Part shown: piece by piece, positions 12,822-25,300 of the stretch
Layout of the letters: each line of letters begins with the position of its first letter
Numbering within the stretch: the first letter of the stretch is position 1
Assembly: GCA_015680685.1 (NCBI GenBank)
Contig: MNCI01000551.1
Span: forward strand, 97,578-161,577
Direction of reading: 5' to 3'
Source: Gnetum montanum
Taxonomy: Eukaryota; Plantae; Gnetophyta
Length of the DNA stretch: 64,000 nucleotides
Program-made: the position numbers and the translations under genes
The notes under the pieces: generated by a model
What the model was told of the DNA's origin: nothing
The model's database searches: none
The model's input: the letters and a program-made list of their open reading frames with translations, nothing else

Positions 12822-13790
12822 TGATGAGAGCGGTTACTCTAGTAGTTATTCTAATTATTAAAGTGGTTACTCTAGCAATTATTTTAATTATTAGAGTAGT
12901 TACTCTAGTGGTTACTCTAGTAGTTATTCTAATTATTAGAGTGGTTACTCTAGCAGTTACTTTAGTAGTTATTCTAATTATTAGAGCGATTTGAAAGTTA
13001 AAGTATTTTCCAAGTGCCAACTTTTATTTTACAATGCCCAGGCGCACAATTGGGGGGGAAGTCTTTTAGTAGTCAAGTAGCGAAACTCTTGTAGTCTATT
13101 TGAAAGTTAAAGTATTTTCCAAGTGCCCGCAGTAGGAAGTCTAAGTGTGGATGGATCTTTATTGAAGCATTGATGTACCTGAGCATACCATTATGTTGGC
13201 AATAAAGACGAGCTCATTGATTCATCCTTGCAGCACTTGAGATTTGTTTTCTTATGCATTTCTTTTATTTTATTTTCTTATGCATTTATTTTATTTTATT
13301 TTATGCACTTTACATTTATGTTACTGACCCAACAATTCATTCTGATCAATTGAGAAAATCGTTAAATTACACAAGCATGACCACTTCGACCATGCATGTA
13401 ATGCTTGGTAACCTAGTAACGATTAGCGTTTGGTAATCCCAGCAGTGTTGCACTAGTTGAGGATGTGTACGACAAGTAGGAATGGATGCTGGTGTTAGGA
13501 TTAGTTAGAACATAGTTAATCTGTAGTTAAGTTAAATTAGTCACTTAGTTACCTCTCTCCTTCCCTAATAGCATAGGACATAAAAACATAAAAGCTATAA
13601 AAATCATATGCCTCAAGCTTAATTAACCATACAATCTTAACATACAGGTAAGCTTGGGAAGACAACGATCAACCAACCCATCCTTGTTCCACAAGGGTGC
13701 ATAAGCACTTAGTCCTTGGAATTCAACCGGATCATGCGTGAAACCCTTGTATTCATATGGCTGAGCATAGGGGTACCTTGCTACTCATCA
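12822..13790 (+). repeat. 5' LTR of the outer element, with a U3 tandem array (GTGGTTACTCTAG / TTCTAATTATTAGA units)
   Basis: TGATGA...TCATCA ends; direct repeat of 27709-28622. Confidence 0.92.
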
Positions 13791-13791
13791 T

Positions 13792-13809
13792 TGGCACCAT
13801 TACCGAGGA
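13792..13809 (+). promoter_or_regulatory. Primer-binding site (tRNA-Asp type), outer element
   Basis: TGGCACCATTACCGAGGA directly after the LTR is a decayed form of the Athila PBS TGGCGCCGTTGCCGGGGA. Confidence 0.8.
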
Positions 13810-13926
13810 TCTAGTTATTTGTACGCTAACTAGAACATAGAAAATCATTCACATTGTTGGAACAAACCCTTAGGGTTGGTTGAGAAAATAATAAACAAGA
13901 ATACATTGAACACTAAATAGACAAGT

Positions 13927-15430
13927 ATGTCTCCTTGTTCTTAGAAAAGTGCCTCACCACCTAGGTCTGAAATAGGAAACAGTCGACGACGTAATACACA
14001 TGACGTTGATCTATCAGTCCCTCAACAAGTTTGAGTGGTATATATTCATCCCGATGAGTATATACCAGACTTCACCTTTATCCTCCATCAAGATGAACAA
14101 CTACATTGGAGAGACTTAGAAGGTAACACAGTGTTACCTCCCGATCGTTCAGTCTTGAGCATGATTCTTCATGCTCTCACATGAATTGGCATGCCGCACT
14201 TACATGTAGAATACATTGTGCAAGACCATGACTCAAGAGAATATCATTCCACAAAGGCACAATGTCAAAGGGACTTGCAACAGGAGAGACATCATAAGTC
14301 TTTGAAGGGTAAGTGGTCCCAGGATGCCCCACATATCTTAAGCAAAAATGAGGGTGGTGAACCTACCTCAGGTAATCGCCCACACAATGATGTTCCTCCC
14401 CTTGACTTTGGCCAAGGAGTTGTGTATCATAACCTTCATTCCACTATTCATAACCCAGGTTCTGATATCCATAGGCACAAAGGATTTCAAAAAGGGACAC
14501 AAACTCATGATAAAGGTGGACATTCTAATCGCAATCGCAATCAAGGCTGAGACCACAAAAGAGAAGGTAGCAGACACCGTAATGGTGACGGTTCTCCTTC
14601 TTCTTTACCTTCATCATCTCCTTCAACCTCTCCTTTAGTATCTAAACACGGTCATAAAGAAAAAGACCATGGGGATAAAGGCCAAGAAAGGGGACAAGGG
14701 CACTCTAGAGAGTCACGACATAGAAGAAGGGAGAGTAGGGAATAACATAGGCATCATAGATGCCATGGATGAGATGATCATGATGAACCCCTCCTCGCTA
14801 CTCAAAGTATGTTGGACATAACTGAGGCTGTTAGAATTCCAACAAGGCATTAGAAAGATAGTAGGATGAAGAGATTAGATATGAACAACATCCCATGATT
14901 TGAAGGGGGATACAACGCTGATCCTCAAAATCATTTACAAGAATTTCATGATGTGTGTGCCTTACAAAACATAGAGAATGAATGGCAAAAACTTAAGTAG
15001 TTCCCACAGACATTAGTTAAAGAAGCGGAAAGCTGGTACCGGTTTTTAGAACGAGAATCCATTCATATGTGGAGTACTATGTTAGAATTATTTAATGACA
15101 AGTACCAAACGTACTCCTGAGTGTCTATCTTGCAAAAGCAAATCGAAGGTTTGAAACAAGGAGGACATGAACCCATGGATGCTATCATGAGCTGATACTC
15201 TGCACTATTACATTGTTGTCTTGTCCATGGTTATTAGGCATGAAACGAGAAGAACCCTTGGGATTTATGCCTAAGGGAGACTATCTGAGCTTAGGTCCCA
15301 TCAAATTCAAAAACTATTGGAGCAAGTTGCTAAGGAAGAAGGTGAGCTACGAAAGAGAGAAAGTGTGGAAGAGTATAACCGAGATCCTTCTCTTCGGAAG
15401 AGGGAAGTAAGATTTTGTGAGGATGAAGAA
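13927..15430 (+). pseudogene. gag 5' part of the outer element (multiple stop codons)
   Basis: Colinear with the inner-element gag at 16186-17760. Retrotrans_gag-like DPQNHLQEFHDVC...KEAESWYRFL motif. Confidence 0.85.
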
Positions 15431-16185
15431 GAGTGAACGGATCTTTATTCGAGCAATTTGTACCTGAGCACACATTTGTGTACAGCAATAAAGATGAACT
15501 TTATGATAAGCCTTGTAGCATACAGATTAAGCTAATTAGTAATTAATTATTGTTGAATGTTTAAATGCTTTCCTAGTTAATTAATCTCTCTCTCAACCTT
15601 TGACTCTCCTAGTTAAGTACACTTAGTACGACCGCTTCGAGCATGTGTGTAGCGCTTGGTAACCCAGTAACGATTAGCGTTTGGTAATCCCAGCAGCGTT
15701 ACGTTGGTTCAGGATGTGTGCGGCAAGTGGGAACGGATATTGGTGTTAGGAACAATTAGAACTTAGTTAGTGAATAGTTAATGAAAGTTAGTTACTTAGT
15801 TCTCCTTACCTTCCCCTATTAGCATAAGACATTAAAAAGCTAAAAGTTATAAAAATCATACACCTCAAACTTACTTAACCATACAACTGTGACAATACAA
15901 GTAAGTTTGGGAAGACAACGATTGATTAACCTTGAGTGTTCCATTAAGGCACGTAAGCACCTAGTCCTTAGAGTTTGACCGGATCATGTGTGAAACGCTC
16001 GTATTCGTATGGTTGAGTGTAGGGGTACCTCGCACTCACCATTGGCACCGTTGCCGGGGACTTAGTTGTTTGTGCGCTACGTAGAACATAGGAAATCATT
16101 CATATCGTTGGGATGCTAGAACGAACCCTTAGGGTTAATCAAGGAAAGGTAAGACAATGGTAAATCACACACCGAACAAGAAAAA

Positions 16186-19100
16186 ATGTCTTCTTCTTCG
16201 CACAAGAGCACTTCACCGCCTAGGACTAACATAAGAGACAGTCGACGGCATAATACACGTAACCAAGATTCGCCAGTTCCTCAACAATTTCGTGTGGTAT
16301 ATCCTCATCATGATGAGTATGTACCCGACTTTACCTTTATTCTCCATCAAGATGAACAACTGCGTTGGAGAGACTTGGAAGGTAACATTGTGTTGCCTCT
16401 AGACCGATCAGTCCCCAACATGCTCCTTCGTGCTCTCTCACAAATAGGCATGTCATTTTTGTACGCAGAATATGTTGCATGTGATCATGACACAAGGGAC
16501 TACCATCCCACAAAAGCGCAATGTCAAAGGGACTTGCGACATAAGAGATATCATACATCCTCGAAGGGTGAATGGTCTCATAACGCTTCGCATGTCTTAA
16601 GCGAAATTGAGGGTGGTGAACCTGCTTAAACAGGTTTCCCACAAAACGTTGTTCCTCCTCCTAACGATGGTCAGGAGGTGGTGTATCAGAACCTCCACTC
16701 CACGGTCCACAACCCTGGTTCTGATACCCACGAACACAAAGTGTTCAAGGAAGGAACACAAACACATGATAAGGGCAGACGTTATGATGGTGATCGTGAT
16801 CGTGGCCGAGACCACAAAAGAGAAGGTAGAAAACACCATCATGACGATGGTTCTCCTTCTTCTTCACCTTCATCGTCACATTCACCCTCTCCTTCAGTTT
16901 CTGGACACAGTCACAAGGAAACTAACTGTGAGGATAAAGGAAAACAAAGTGAAAAACATCGATGAGACAGTCGAGAACGAGGACAAGGGCACTCTAAGGA
17001 ATCAAGGCATGAAAGAAGGGAGAGTAGGGAACCACATAGACACCATAGACGCTATGAATGAGATGATCACGAAGAACCCCTACTCATAACTAGAAGCAAG
17101 TTAGATATAACAGAGGCCATAAGAGTTTCCACAAGGCACCAAAAGGATAGTAGGATCAAGAGGTTAGACATGAACAACATCCCACAATTCAAAGGGGGAT
17201 ACAACGCTGATCCTCAAAATCATTTACAAGCATTCCATGATGCATGTGCCTTGTAGAACATAGAAAATGAATGGCAAAAACTGAAGTTGTTCCCAAGGAC
17301 ACTAGTGAAAGAAGATGAAAGCTGGTATCGGTCCTTGGAACCGGAATCCATTCGGAGGTGGAGTACAATGTTAGAACTGTTTAATGATAAGTACCAAACG
17401 TACTCCCAAGTGTCTAACCTACGAAAGCAAATGCAAGGATGGAAGCAAGGAAATCATGAACCCTTGGATGCTGCCATGGATCGCTATTACGCATTATTAC
17501 ATCGTTGCCATGGCCATGGTTATTCGCAGCGAGATCAACTACGCCATCTCGTAGATGGACTTAGGCATGAAATAAGAAGAACCCTTGGGACGTATGCCCA
17601 AGGAAGGTTATTGGAGCTTAGGTCTCATCAAATCCATAGATTACTAGAGCAAGTAGGCAAAGAAGAAGATGAGCTACAGAAAAGAGAAAGTGTGGAAGAG
17701 TACAACTGAGATCCTTACCTCCGGAAAAGGGAAGTGAGATTCTATGAGGAGGAGGAAGAGTCACCACTTGAAGAAATGGTGAATAGGAAAACTTTGCCAC
17801 TCCAAAAGTTAACAACCGAAGTATCGACAAAGGTAGACCAAATGTGGGTCTCCTTGGATAGTAGGTTTGAAATTGTTCTTAAAATTGTAGAGGAGTCTAG
17901 AGAGTGAGGTAGTGAGCATGAAAAAAAGAAAAAGAAAGAAGTAGATAATGCACGTAAGAAGGGTAAGGGTAAAATGGCCATCACCGAAGAGGTTGTGGAT
18001 TCAGACACAAACAATGACGGTGGATGTGAGGTATGCCAATATAACCATCCTAAGGGATGTTGCCCAGTAATCTCACATCTACAAGAGTCTGGGGTGTATG
18101 CACTCAACCCACGATTTAATAAATGGCAAGCACCCTGACGGTTACCTTATCCCTAAGGTAACTCAAGGCAGTTCCACCAACCTTCAACATATTATCCAAG
18201 TGGAACTCCACCACAACCCGTTGAGCAACATCAATAGTGGAAATACCCATAGTCATGGGGGATGCCACCACCAAGGCAACAATACCCCTACTGGCAACCG
18301 AACCCATATGGCTACTACGTGCAGCATCTAATCTCTCCATGTGACTCTGTTGGTCACGTTACACCACAACATCACTACCAAGCTCATGAGTATTTTAGAA
18401 CTCCTTCTCCTAGGGGAGATAACCCACACACATACCATCCTTTGAAGCCATCTACAACTCTCACACCGATAGCTCCATTACCACCTGCTCTAGCAATGCA
18501 AGGGGAACTCCATAGTCAATCGCAGCAACGCAATGCCACAAGGGCTGTAAATACTCAACCTGTTATTAGTTCTGACAACCATATAAAGAGTCGATCTTTC
18601 TTCAAAACCAACAGTCCAACCAAGCCCTCACAACCACAAGCAGTTGAACCTCTAAATGCCTCCCCATTAAATAAGGCTTCAGAGCTCCCTTCAAACTAAA
18701 CACCAAGCTCAACGCATACGTTTATGTTAACACATGCCATTACTAACTGGATTAAGGTGGGTCATCTTCCCAGGAAATTCTCTAATCCTAAAAGCCCTCT
18801 AATCTATCTTCAATCCGCTAGATATAAACCATGTAAAGCTCTTTTGGACTCAGGTTCCAGAGTCAACCTAATATCACAAGAGATGTACAAAGCCTAGAAC
18901 CTACCTCCATTAAGAAAGAGCAATATTCGCCTAGAGCTGGCTGACCAGTCCATCACTGTTCCCTTGGGACTGGTGGAGGACATCGTTACCACTGTGTGTG
19001 GGTGGTCATACCCAGCTGATTTCCTAGTGATACAAGTGAATAATGATAAAGGTGACTTCCCAATAATAATGGGAAAGGGATGGCTAAGTACTGTAGATGC

Positions 19101-19668
19101 ATGTCTAGGAATCCGTGATCTTTCCCTAGAAATATCTAAGGAGAACACTTTTGGAAAGATTGAGAAGAAGAAAGTTCCATGCATCGCATACAGTGACACA
19201 GGGTGCAATTACGTGCAGAGATTATCGGTTGGATAAAATTTAGCATTGCCTACATGCAACTGGTATGCATAAGACCTTAACCTACAAAAGTGCTTGTATG
19301 CAGCAGCCACATGACAAGGAGACACCTAGTGGCTGATAGCTGATCAAGTGAGTAACTCACTAATGTGTATGGAACTAACTAAGGGAATAACTAGTGCCTA
19401 CATCGAAAGCATAGATAAACTTGAGCAAGTCTGTCGCCAACTTTCAAACCTTAACCTGAAAACATCAATTGGGGGAAGTTGGAAATTCCTAAAAAATTCA
19501 AACAAGCACTCTGATAAGAAGTTGTTAGTCAATGTGCAACAGACCAAACCTTACCATGAATCTAGAACAGTCAATGCACATAATACCTCTAAGAAGGGAC
19601 AACCCTGCTCAATATTTCGGATCTCCTCCTTTCAACTCAATCATGGAGGAGATGGGCACCTCTACTGA
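16186..19668 (+). pseudogene. gag-protease pseudogene of the inner element
   Basis: ORF fragments at 16186, 16678, 17287, 18262, 18964 and 19348 all share one frame. Capsid-like FPRTLVKE.ESWYRSL, zinc knuckle CEVCQYNHPKGCC, and aspartic protease KALLDSGSRVNLI. Confidence 0.88.
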
Positions 19669-21549
19669 TCAATTGAGGCCCTCAGTTCCTTTTTAAATCT
19701 TTGTTTTTGTCTTACACATTCTTTATTTTACAAATCTCTTTAACGTTTCTTGTTTTTTTTTTGCAACATCATTCATACTTTTTCGTTTCTTTGTGTGGTT
19801 GTTTGTGTTGTTAGGTTCGTCACCTAATAAGTGCTCTTGATGGTGGTATGAACTGTATTCTATTAATTTCTAATGTTTGGTTTTTACCTTTGAGTTATAA
19901 TGTTGATACTAAGGTATGGTTCTTTTGATATAACAGGCAATGAGTCTAGGTCATCCATGCATCCATGAATTTCTATGGTCTCTCTTGGCTTGGAACTATA
20001 GAGTCCCTTTCTTTAAATAATAGAACTATTAATGAATTGGTGACTCGGCACTTCTTAAACTGAGGAAGGACTCAAGGATTAAAAAGGGTGTGACTTCAAG
20101 GGAATTTGATGCATTTGTGCTGGCCATTTTCTTGGGTGCTTGGATGTTTTCTTCTTGAGTTTTCCTTACCATTCTGACATTGCTCTGTTATTGGGAAGTT
20201 AAGTTAATAAAAATAATAAGTCTTTGCATGGTGTGGTTCTCACGTAAAAAAAAAAAAAAAAACACAGTGAGAATTCAAAGCACACCCCTTAGACAAAATA
20301 ATCATTTGGGCTACAAGCACTGGTTATGGAACTAAACAAACATGTTCCCTCTAACTAAGGCCCTCTCTCGCTTCCTACTCTTTCCTTTCTCATTTCTTCA
20401 AAATGTAGGTGACTCTTTGGTGGAAGCATTCTTGCTACTTCAAGTGGATGGATTGGCCAAGTGTATTAATGTGAAGTCACTGGATGTGGATTGTTTGAGG
20501 CTGGACTTGGAATAAGATCTACCCAATCACATTAACCATAAATACACAAGGGGTTGTACACCACCTTGTTCTTGGGACTCCATTCCATTCTCTTCTCCTC
20601 ATTATTCTTTCTCCATGTTCCACCTCATTGCCAATTGTATCAGTAGTTTATATTTTGGTTGATACATTATTTTCTTTTTGGTAAATTATTGTGGTTAAGA
20701 CTTTAACTCTTGCTTCCAAATGACATTTCCAGAGCCTACGGACTCTTTGAATGTGGGATTGTCAGGGCATTAAGGGCATGAGCCTGCTTTGGGGAGGACC
20801 CACTGGCATTCCTAATTGGTGGATCAGTTCACTTCTTTTCCTAAAAAATTGCTACAATCAACATTTTTTTTCTTCATTTCCACCTCTGACATTCATTTTT
20901 TTGGCATTGCCATTGTTTCTTTTTTTCCATCTTTCTTATTCCTTATCCTTTCCCATTCTATCGCTATTGGAGGATCGCTCTTAGTCATGGGGGTCCTGGT
21001 CCAATTTTTTCAATTTTCTCCTAACCCCTACACCTTGGGTAGTCACTAGTGTTATATCTCTAAAGTCCGTATTTTCCATATCATAACTCAGCCAATGGAC
21101 CTTACACCGAGACAAGGTATCAACTATATTATAATTTACTTATCCTTGCTCATATGTGACTGTGTTGTGTGTGCAGATGGCAATCATACCGCAATGGACT
21201 GGATCTGGAGGAACACTTAGGATGGACTGGTGTTGGAACAGTTATGCAAGGAACAAGATTGATGGCGCGGTTATGGATGGACAACGGAAGGCACAGTTTT
21301 GGCATCGACAGTAACACATCTTTTTATTTTCTCTCTCTTCTCTCTCTCAGCTACCAAATAAGGTTGGACGTCAAATGTGTATAGTGTTCACTCTTTTGGT
21401 CATGAACACTAATATTGCCATGTATTGTAATGATGATCTGTTCACGTGTCACCCCATTCACCATTAGTGTCATTCAAGTCAGTAATCCCATACCTTCCCA
21501 ATATTTTGTAAGGAACTTGAGGACAAGTTTTCATTTAGTCATGGGGGTA

Positions 21550-22349
21550 TGATGAGCCGCGATATTGCATCCACCACAGGATATGGCGTATGTGATATTG
21601 CATCCTGCCTCATCTTCTATAAATAAGAGGTAGCTTCCCTTGTTCAAGACGGTAACACTTAGACCCTTAGCCAAACTCTTGCAGTTTTACCATTCCAGAG
21701 TTAGAATAATTCCTATGTGCCCGCAGTAGGAGTCATAGAGTGAACGGATCTTTATTCGAGCAATTTGTACCTGAGCACACATTTGTGTACAGTAATAAAG
21801 ACAAACTTTATGATAAACCTTGCAGCATACAGATTAAGCTAATTAGTAATTAATTATTATTGAATGTTTAAATTATTCCTTGGTTAATTAATCTCTCTCT
21901 CAACCTTTGACTCTCCTAGTTAAGTACACTCAGTACGGTCGCTTCGAGCATGTGTGTAGCGCTTGGTAACCCAGTAACGATTAGGGTTTGGTAATCCTAG
22001 CAGCGTTGCACTAGTTCAGGATGTGTGCGGCAAGTGGGAACGGATACTGGTGTTAGGAACAATTAGAACTTAGTTAGTGAATAGTTAATGAAATTTTGTC
22101 ACTTAGTTCTCCTTACCTTCCCCTATTAGCATAAGACATTAAAAAGATAAAAGCTATAAAAATCATACACCTCAAGCTTACTTAACCATACAACCGTAAT
22201 AATACAAGTAAGTTTGGGAAGATAGCGATTGATTAACCTTGAGTGTTCCATTTAGACGCGTAAGCACTTAGTCCTTGGAGTTCAACTAGATCACACGTGA
22301 AACGCTCGTATTCATATGGTTGAGTGTAGGGGTACCTCGCCACTCATCA
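21550..22349 (+). repeat. 3' LTR of the inner element
   Basis: TGATGA...TCATCA ends, preceded by a PPT; direct repeat of 15430-16041. Confidence 0.92.
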
Positions 22350-25300
22350 CCTTACTAACAACCTAACTTGTATGGATATTACGTGCAATAGCCACTCTCC
22401 CCACGTGACTCTATTGGTCACGTGACTCCTCAACCTCACTACCAAGCCCGTAAGTATTATGGGACTTCCTCTTCTATAGGCAATATTCTGCAAGCATATC
22501 ATCCTTCTCATTCGGCGACATCTCTTCCACCAATAGCTCCACTACCACCTGCTCCTGCGATGCAAGGTGAAATCCCTACCCAACCGCAGCAACGTAACGC
22601 CATGAGAGCTGTTAACTCTCAACCTACTGTTAGTTCCAACAACCACATGAAGAAAAGACCTTTCTTTAGAACCAACAGTCCAACTAAGCCCTTACAATCA
22701 CAAGCATTTGATTCCTTAGATGCCTTAGTATCAATCAAAACTTTGGAGCCCCCTTCAACCCAATCACCGCACTTAACGCATACGGTCATGCTAACACATG
22801 TCGTCACTGATTGGACCAAAGCTGGCCACCTTCTAGGAAATTCTCTAATCCCAGGAGTCCTCTGATATACTTACAAATTGTTGGAAATGCACCGTGCAAG
22901 GCTCATTTGGATTCAAGTTCCGGTGTCAACCTAATTTCTCAAGAAATGTATAAGGCTTGGAACCTGCCTCCATATAAAAAGAGCAACATCCATCTAGAGT
23001 TGGCCAACCAGTCCATCATTGTCCCATTGGGACTGGTGGAAGACATTATTATCACTATTTCTGGGTGGTCGTACCCAGCTGACTTCCTAGTAATTTAGGT
23101 AAGCAACAGTAAGGGGAACTTCCCAATCATAATGGGAAGAGCATGGCTAAGCACCATTGATGCACGCCTAAGAATCCACGATCATTCCCTAAAAATATCA
23201 AAGGAAAGTACATTCAGAAAGATTGAGAAGAAGAAAGTTCTGTGCATTGCATACAGTGACACAAGGTGTAATTACGTGTAGAAGTCATGGTTTGTGCAAA
23301 GTTTAACATTGCCTGCATGCAATCAGTGTGCATAAGTAATTAACATACAAAGACGCCTGTATGCAGCAGCTACACGACAAGAAGACACCCAGTGGCTGAT
23401 AGCTAATCAAGAAAGCAGTTCACTCATATGCATGGAACCAATTGAGGGTTTGACTTATGCTTACATCGATAGCATAGACGTATTAGAGTAAGTCCACCAC
23501 CAACTTCCAAGTTTTAACCTTAAAAATATCAACTGGGGGAAGTTGGAAGTCCCTAAAAAATTTAAGCAGGAGCCCCTTGAGCTGAAACCATTGCCCATCG
23601 GTATGGAATACACATTCTTTAAAGATGGAAAACTGGTAATTATCAACGCTAAGCTTGCTCCTCAATAGAAAGAAAAACTATTGAAGGTAATAAATAAATG
23701 GTTTGAAGCCTTCTCTTGGTCATATCCCGAATTAACTACAATAGATCCTAGCATATGCCAATATAGAATTAACACTGACCCCTCCATGAAGCCTCGAAGA
23801 TAACCACAAAGGTGATTGAACCCTAAGCTGAAGCAAGTAGTTAAGGAAGAAATTTAACAGCTTCTCAAGGTTCGGTTCATATACCCCATTGCTGATAGCG
23901 AATGGGTTAGCCCCTTAGTTATTGTGCCTAAAAAGGGAGGCAAATGGAGGGTGTGCATAGATTTCAGGCTACTAAACATGACAACATTCAAAGATCACTT
24001 TCCATTACCATTTGTCGACCAAGTCTTAGACACCATTGCAGGGCATCACTATTACAGTTTTCTAGATGGATATAGTGGATATAACCAAATAAAAATAGCC
24101 AGAGAAGACCAAGCCAAGACTATGTTCACCAGTTCTTGGGGAACGTTTGCATACAAATAGATGTCGTTTGGCTTGTGCAATGCCCCTGCAACATTTCAAC
24201 NNNNNNNNNNNNNNNNNNNNNNNNNNNNNNNNNNNNNNNNNNNNNNNNNNNNNNNNNNNNNNNNNNNNNNNNNNNNNNNNNNNNNNNNNNNNNNNNNNNN
24301 NNNNNNNNNNNNNNNNNNNNNNNNNNNNNNNNNNNNNNNNNNNNNNNNNNNNNNNNNNNNNNNNNNNNNNNNNNNNNNNNNNNTGGTGCACAACTTAACT
24401 ACACTACCACAAAGAAAGAATTAATGGATGTAGTGTTTGCACTAGAAAAGTTTAGACACTATGTATCGGGATATAAAGTATATATACATACAGATCATAG
24501 TGCAGTTCGGTTACTCATGAATAAGCTAATGGTAAGCCCTCGTATCATACGATGGCTTGTAATCTTACAAGAGTTCGATTTAATGATGATCGATCGTAAG
24601 GGTACTAAGAATGTAGTTGCTAATCATTTATCTTAGTTGCGATGGGACAACAAAGAGGATGAGTATCCAATTTCTGATCATTTCCCTAATGAATTTCTCT
24701 TTGCTGGTGTAGTGAATAATCAATCACCCATGGAGACAAATTGGTACAGTAGCATTCTTACATATCTCCTCATTCAACAAACCCCACAAGAGTTAAACCT
24801 TAAGAAGAAACGATAGTTTCTTCATCGAGCCAAGTACTTTATGGATATCAATGGGCAACTTTACAAAGTGTGTCTTGATGGCTTGGTTCAATGGTATGTT
24901 CTTGATATAGATCAACTGCGAGTTCTCCAAGATGCTTATAAGGGTCCTTGTGTGGGTCATTATGCTGGGAGACGAACAACCATTAAGATCCTTCTTGCAA
25001 GATATTATTGGCCTACATTATTTTGGGATGCCCATCGTTTCGTCCAATCTTTTTAGCGTTGTCAACGTGATGGGGGAATGACTGCTAGAATGGAGAGTCC
25101 ACAACAATGGATTCAACCGTTAGAACCCTTTGACATTTGGGGAATCGATTTTATGGGGCCGATTACACCAATGTCTAATGGAAAAGCTTATATTATTTTT
25201 GCCGTTGATTACCTAACAAAATGGACCAAAGTAGCTGTTGTTAAATATTTTACATCATTTACAACTGCATGATTTGTTTAACAAAAAATCATAAATAGGT

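Larger units (their letters stand above)
15430..22349 (+). mobile_element. Nested non-autonomous Athila-type element (gag + protease only; RT/RH/INT deleted; 5' LTR truncated)
   Basis: 5' LTR remnant 15430-16041, PBS TGGCACCGTTGCCGGGGA 16043-16060, PPT ATGGGGGTA, 3' LTR 21550-22349. The host gag sequence resumes right after 22349. Confidence 0.92.

Noticed and set aside
12722-13020. ORFs with repetitive VVTLVVILII / ITTRVTT peptides (also 27635-27896)
   Set aside because: They are translations of the LTR U3 tandem array, not genes.
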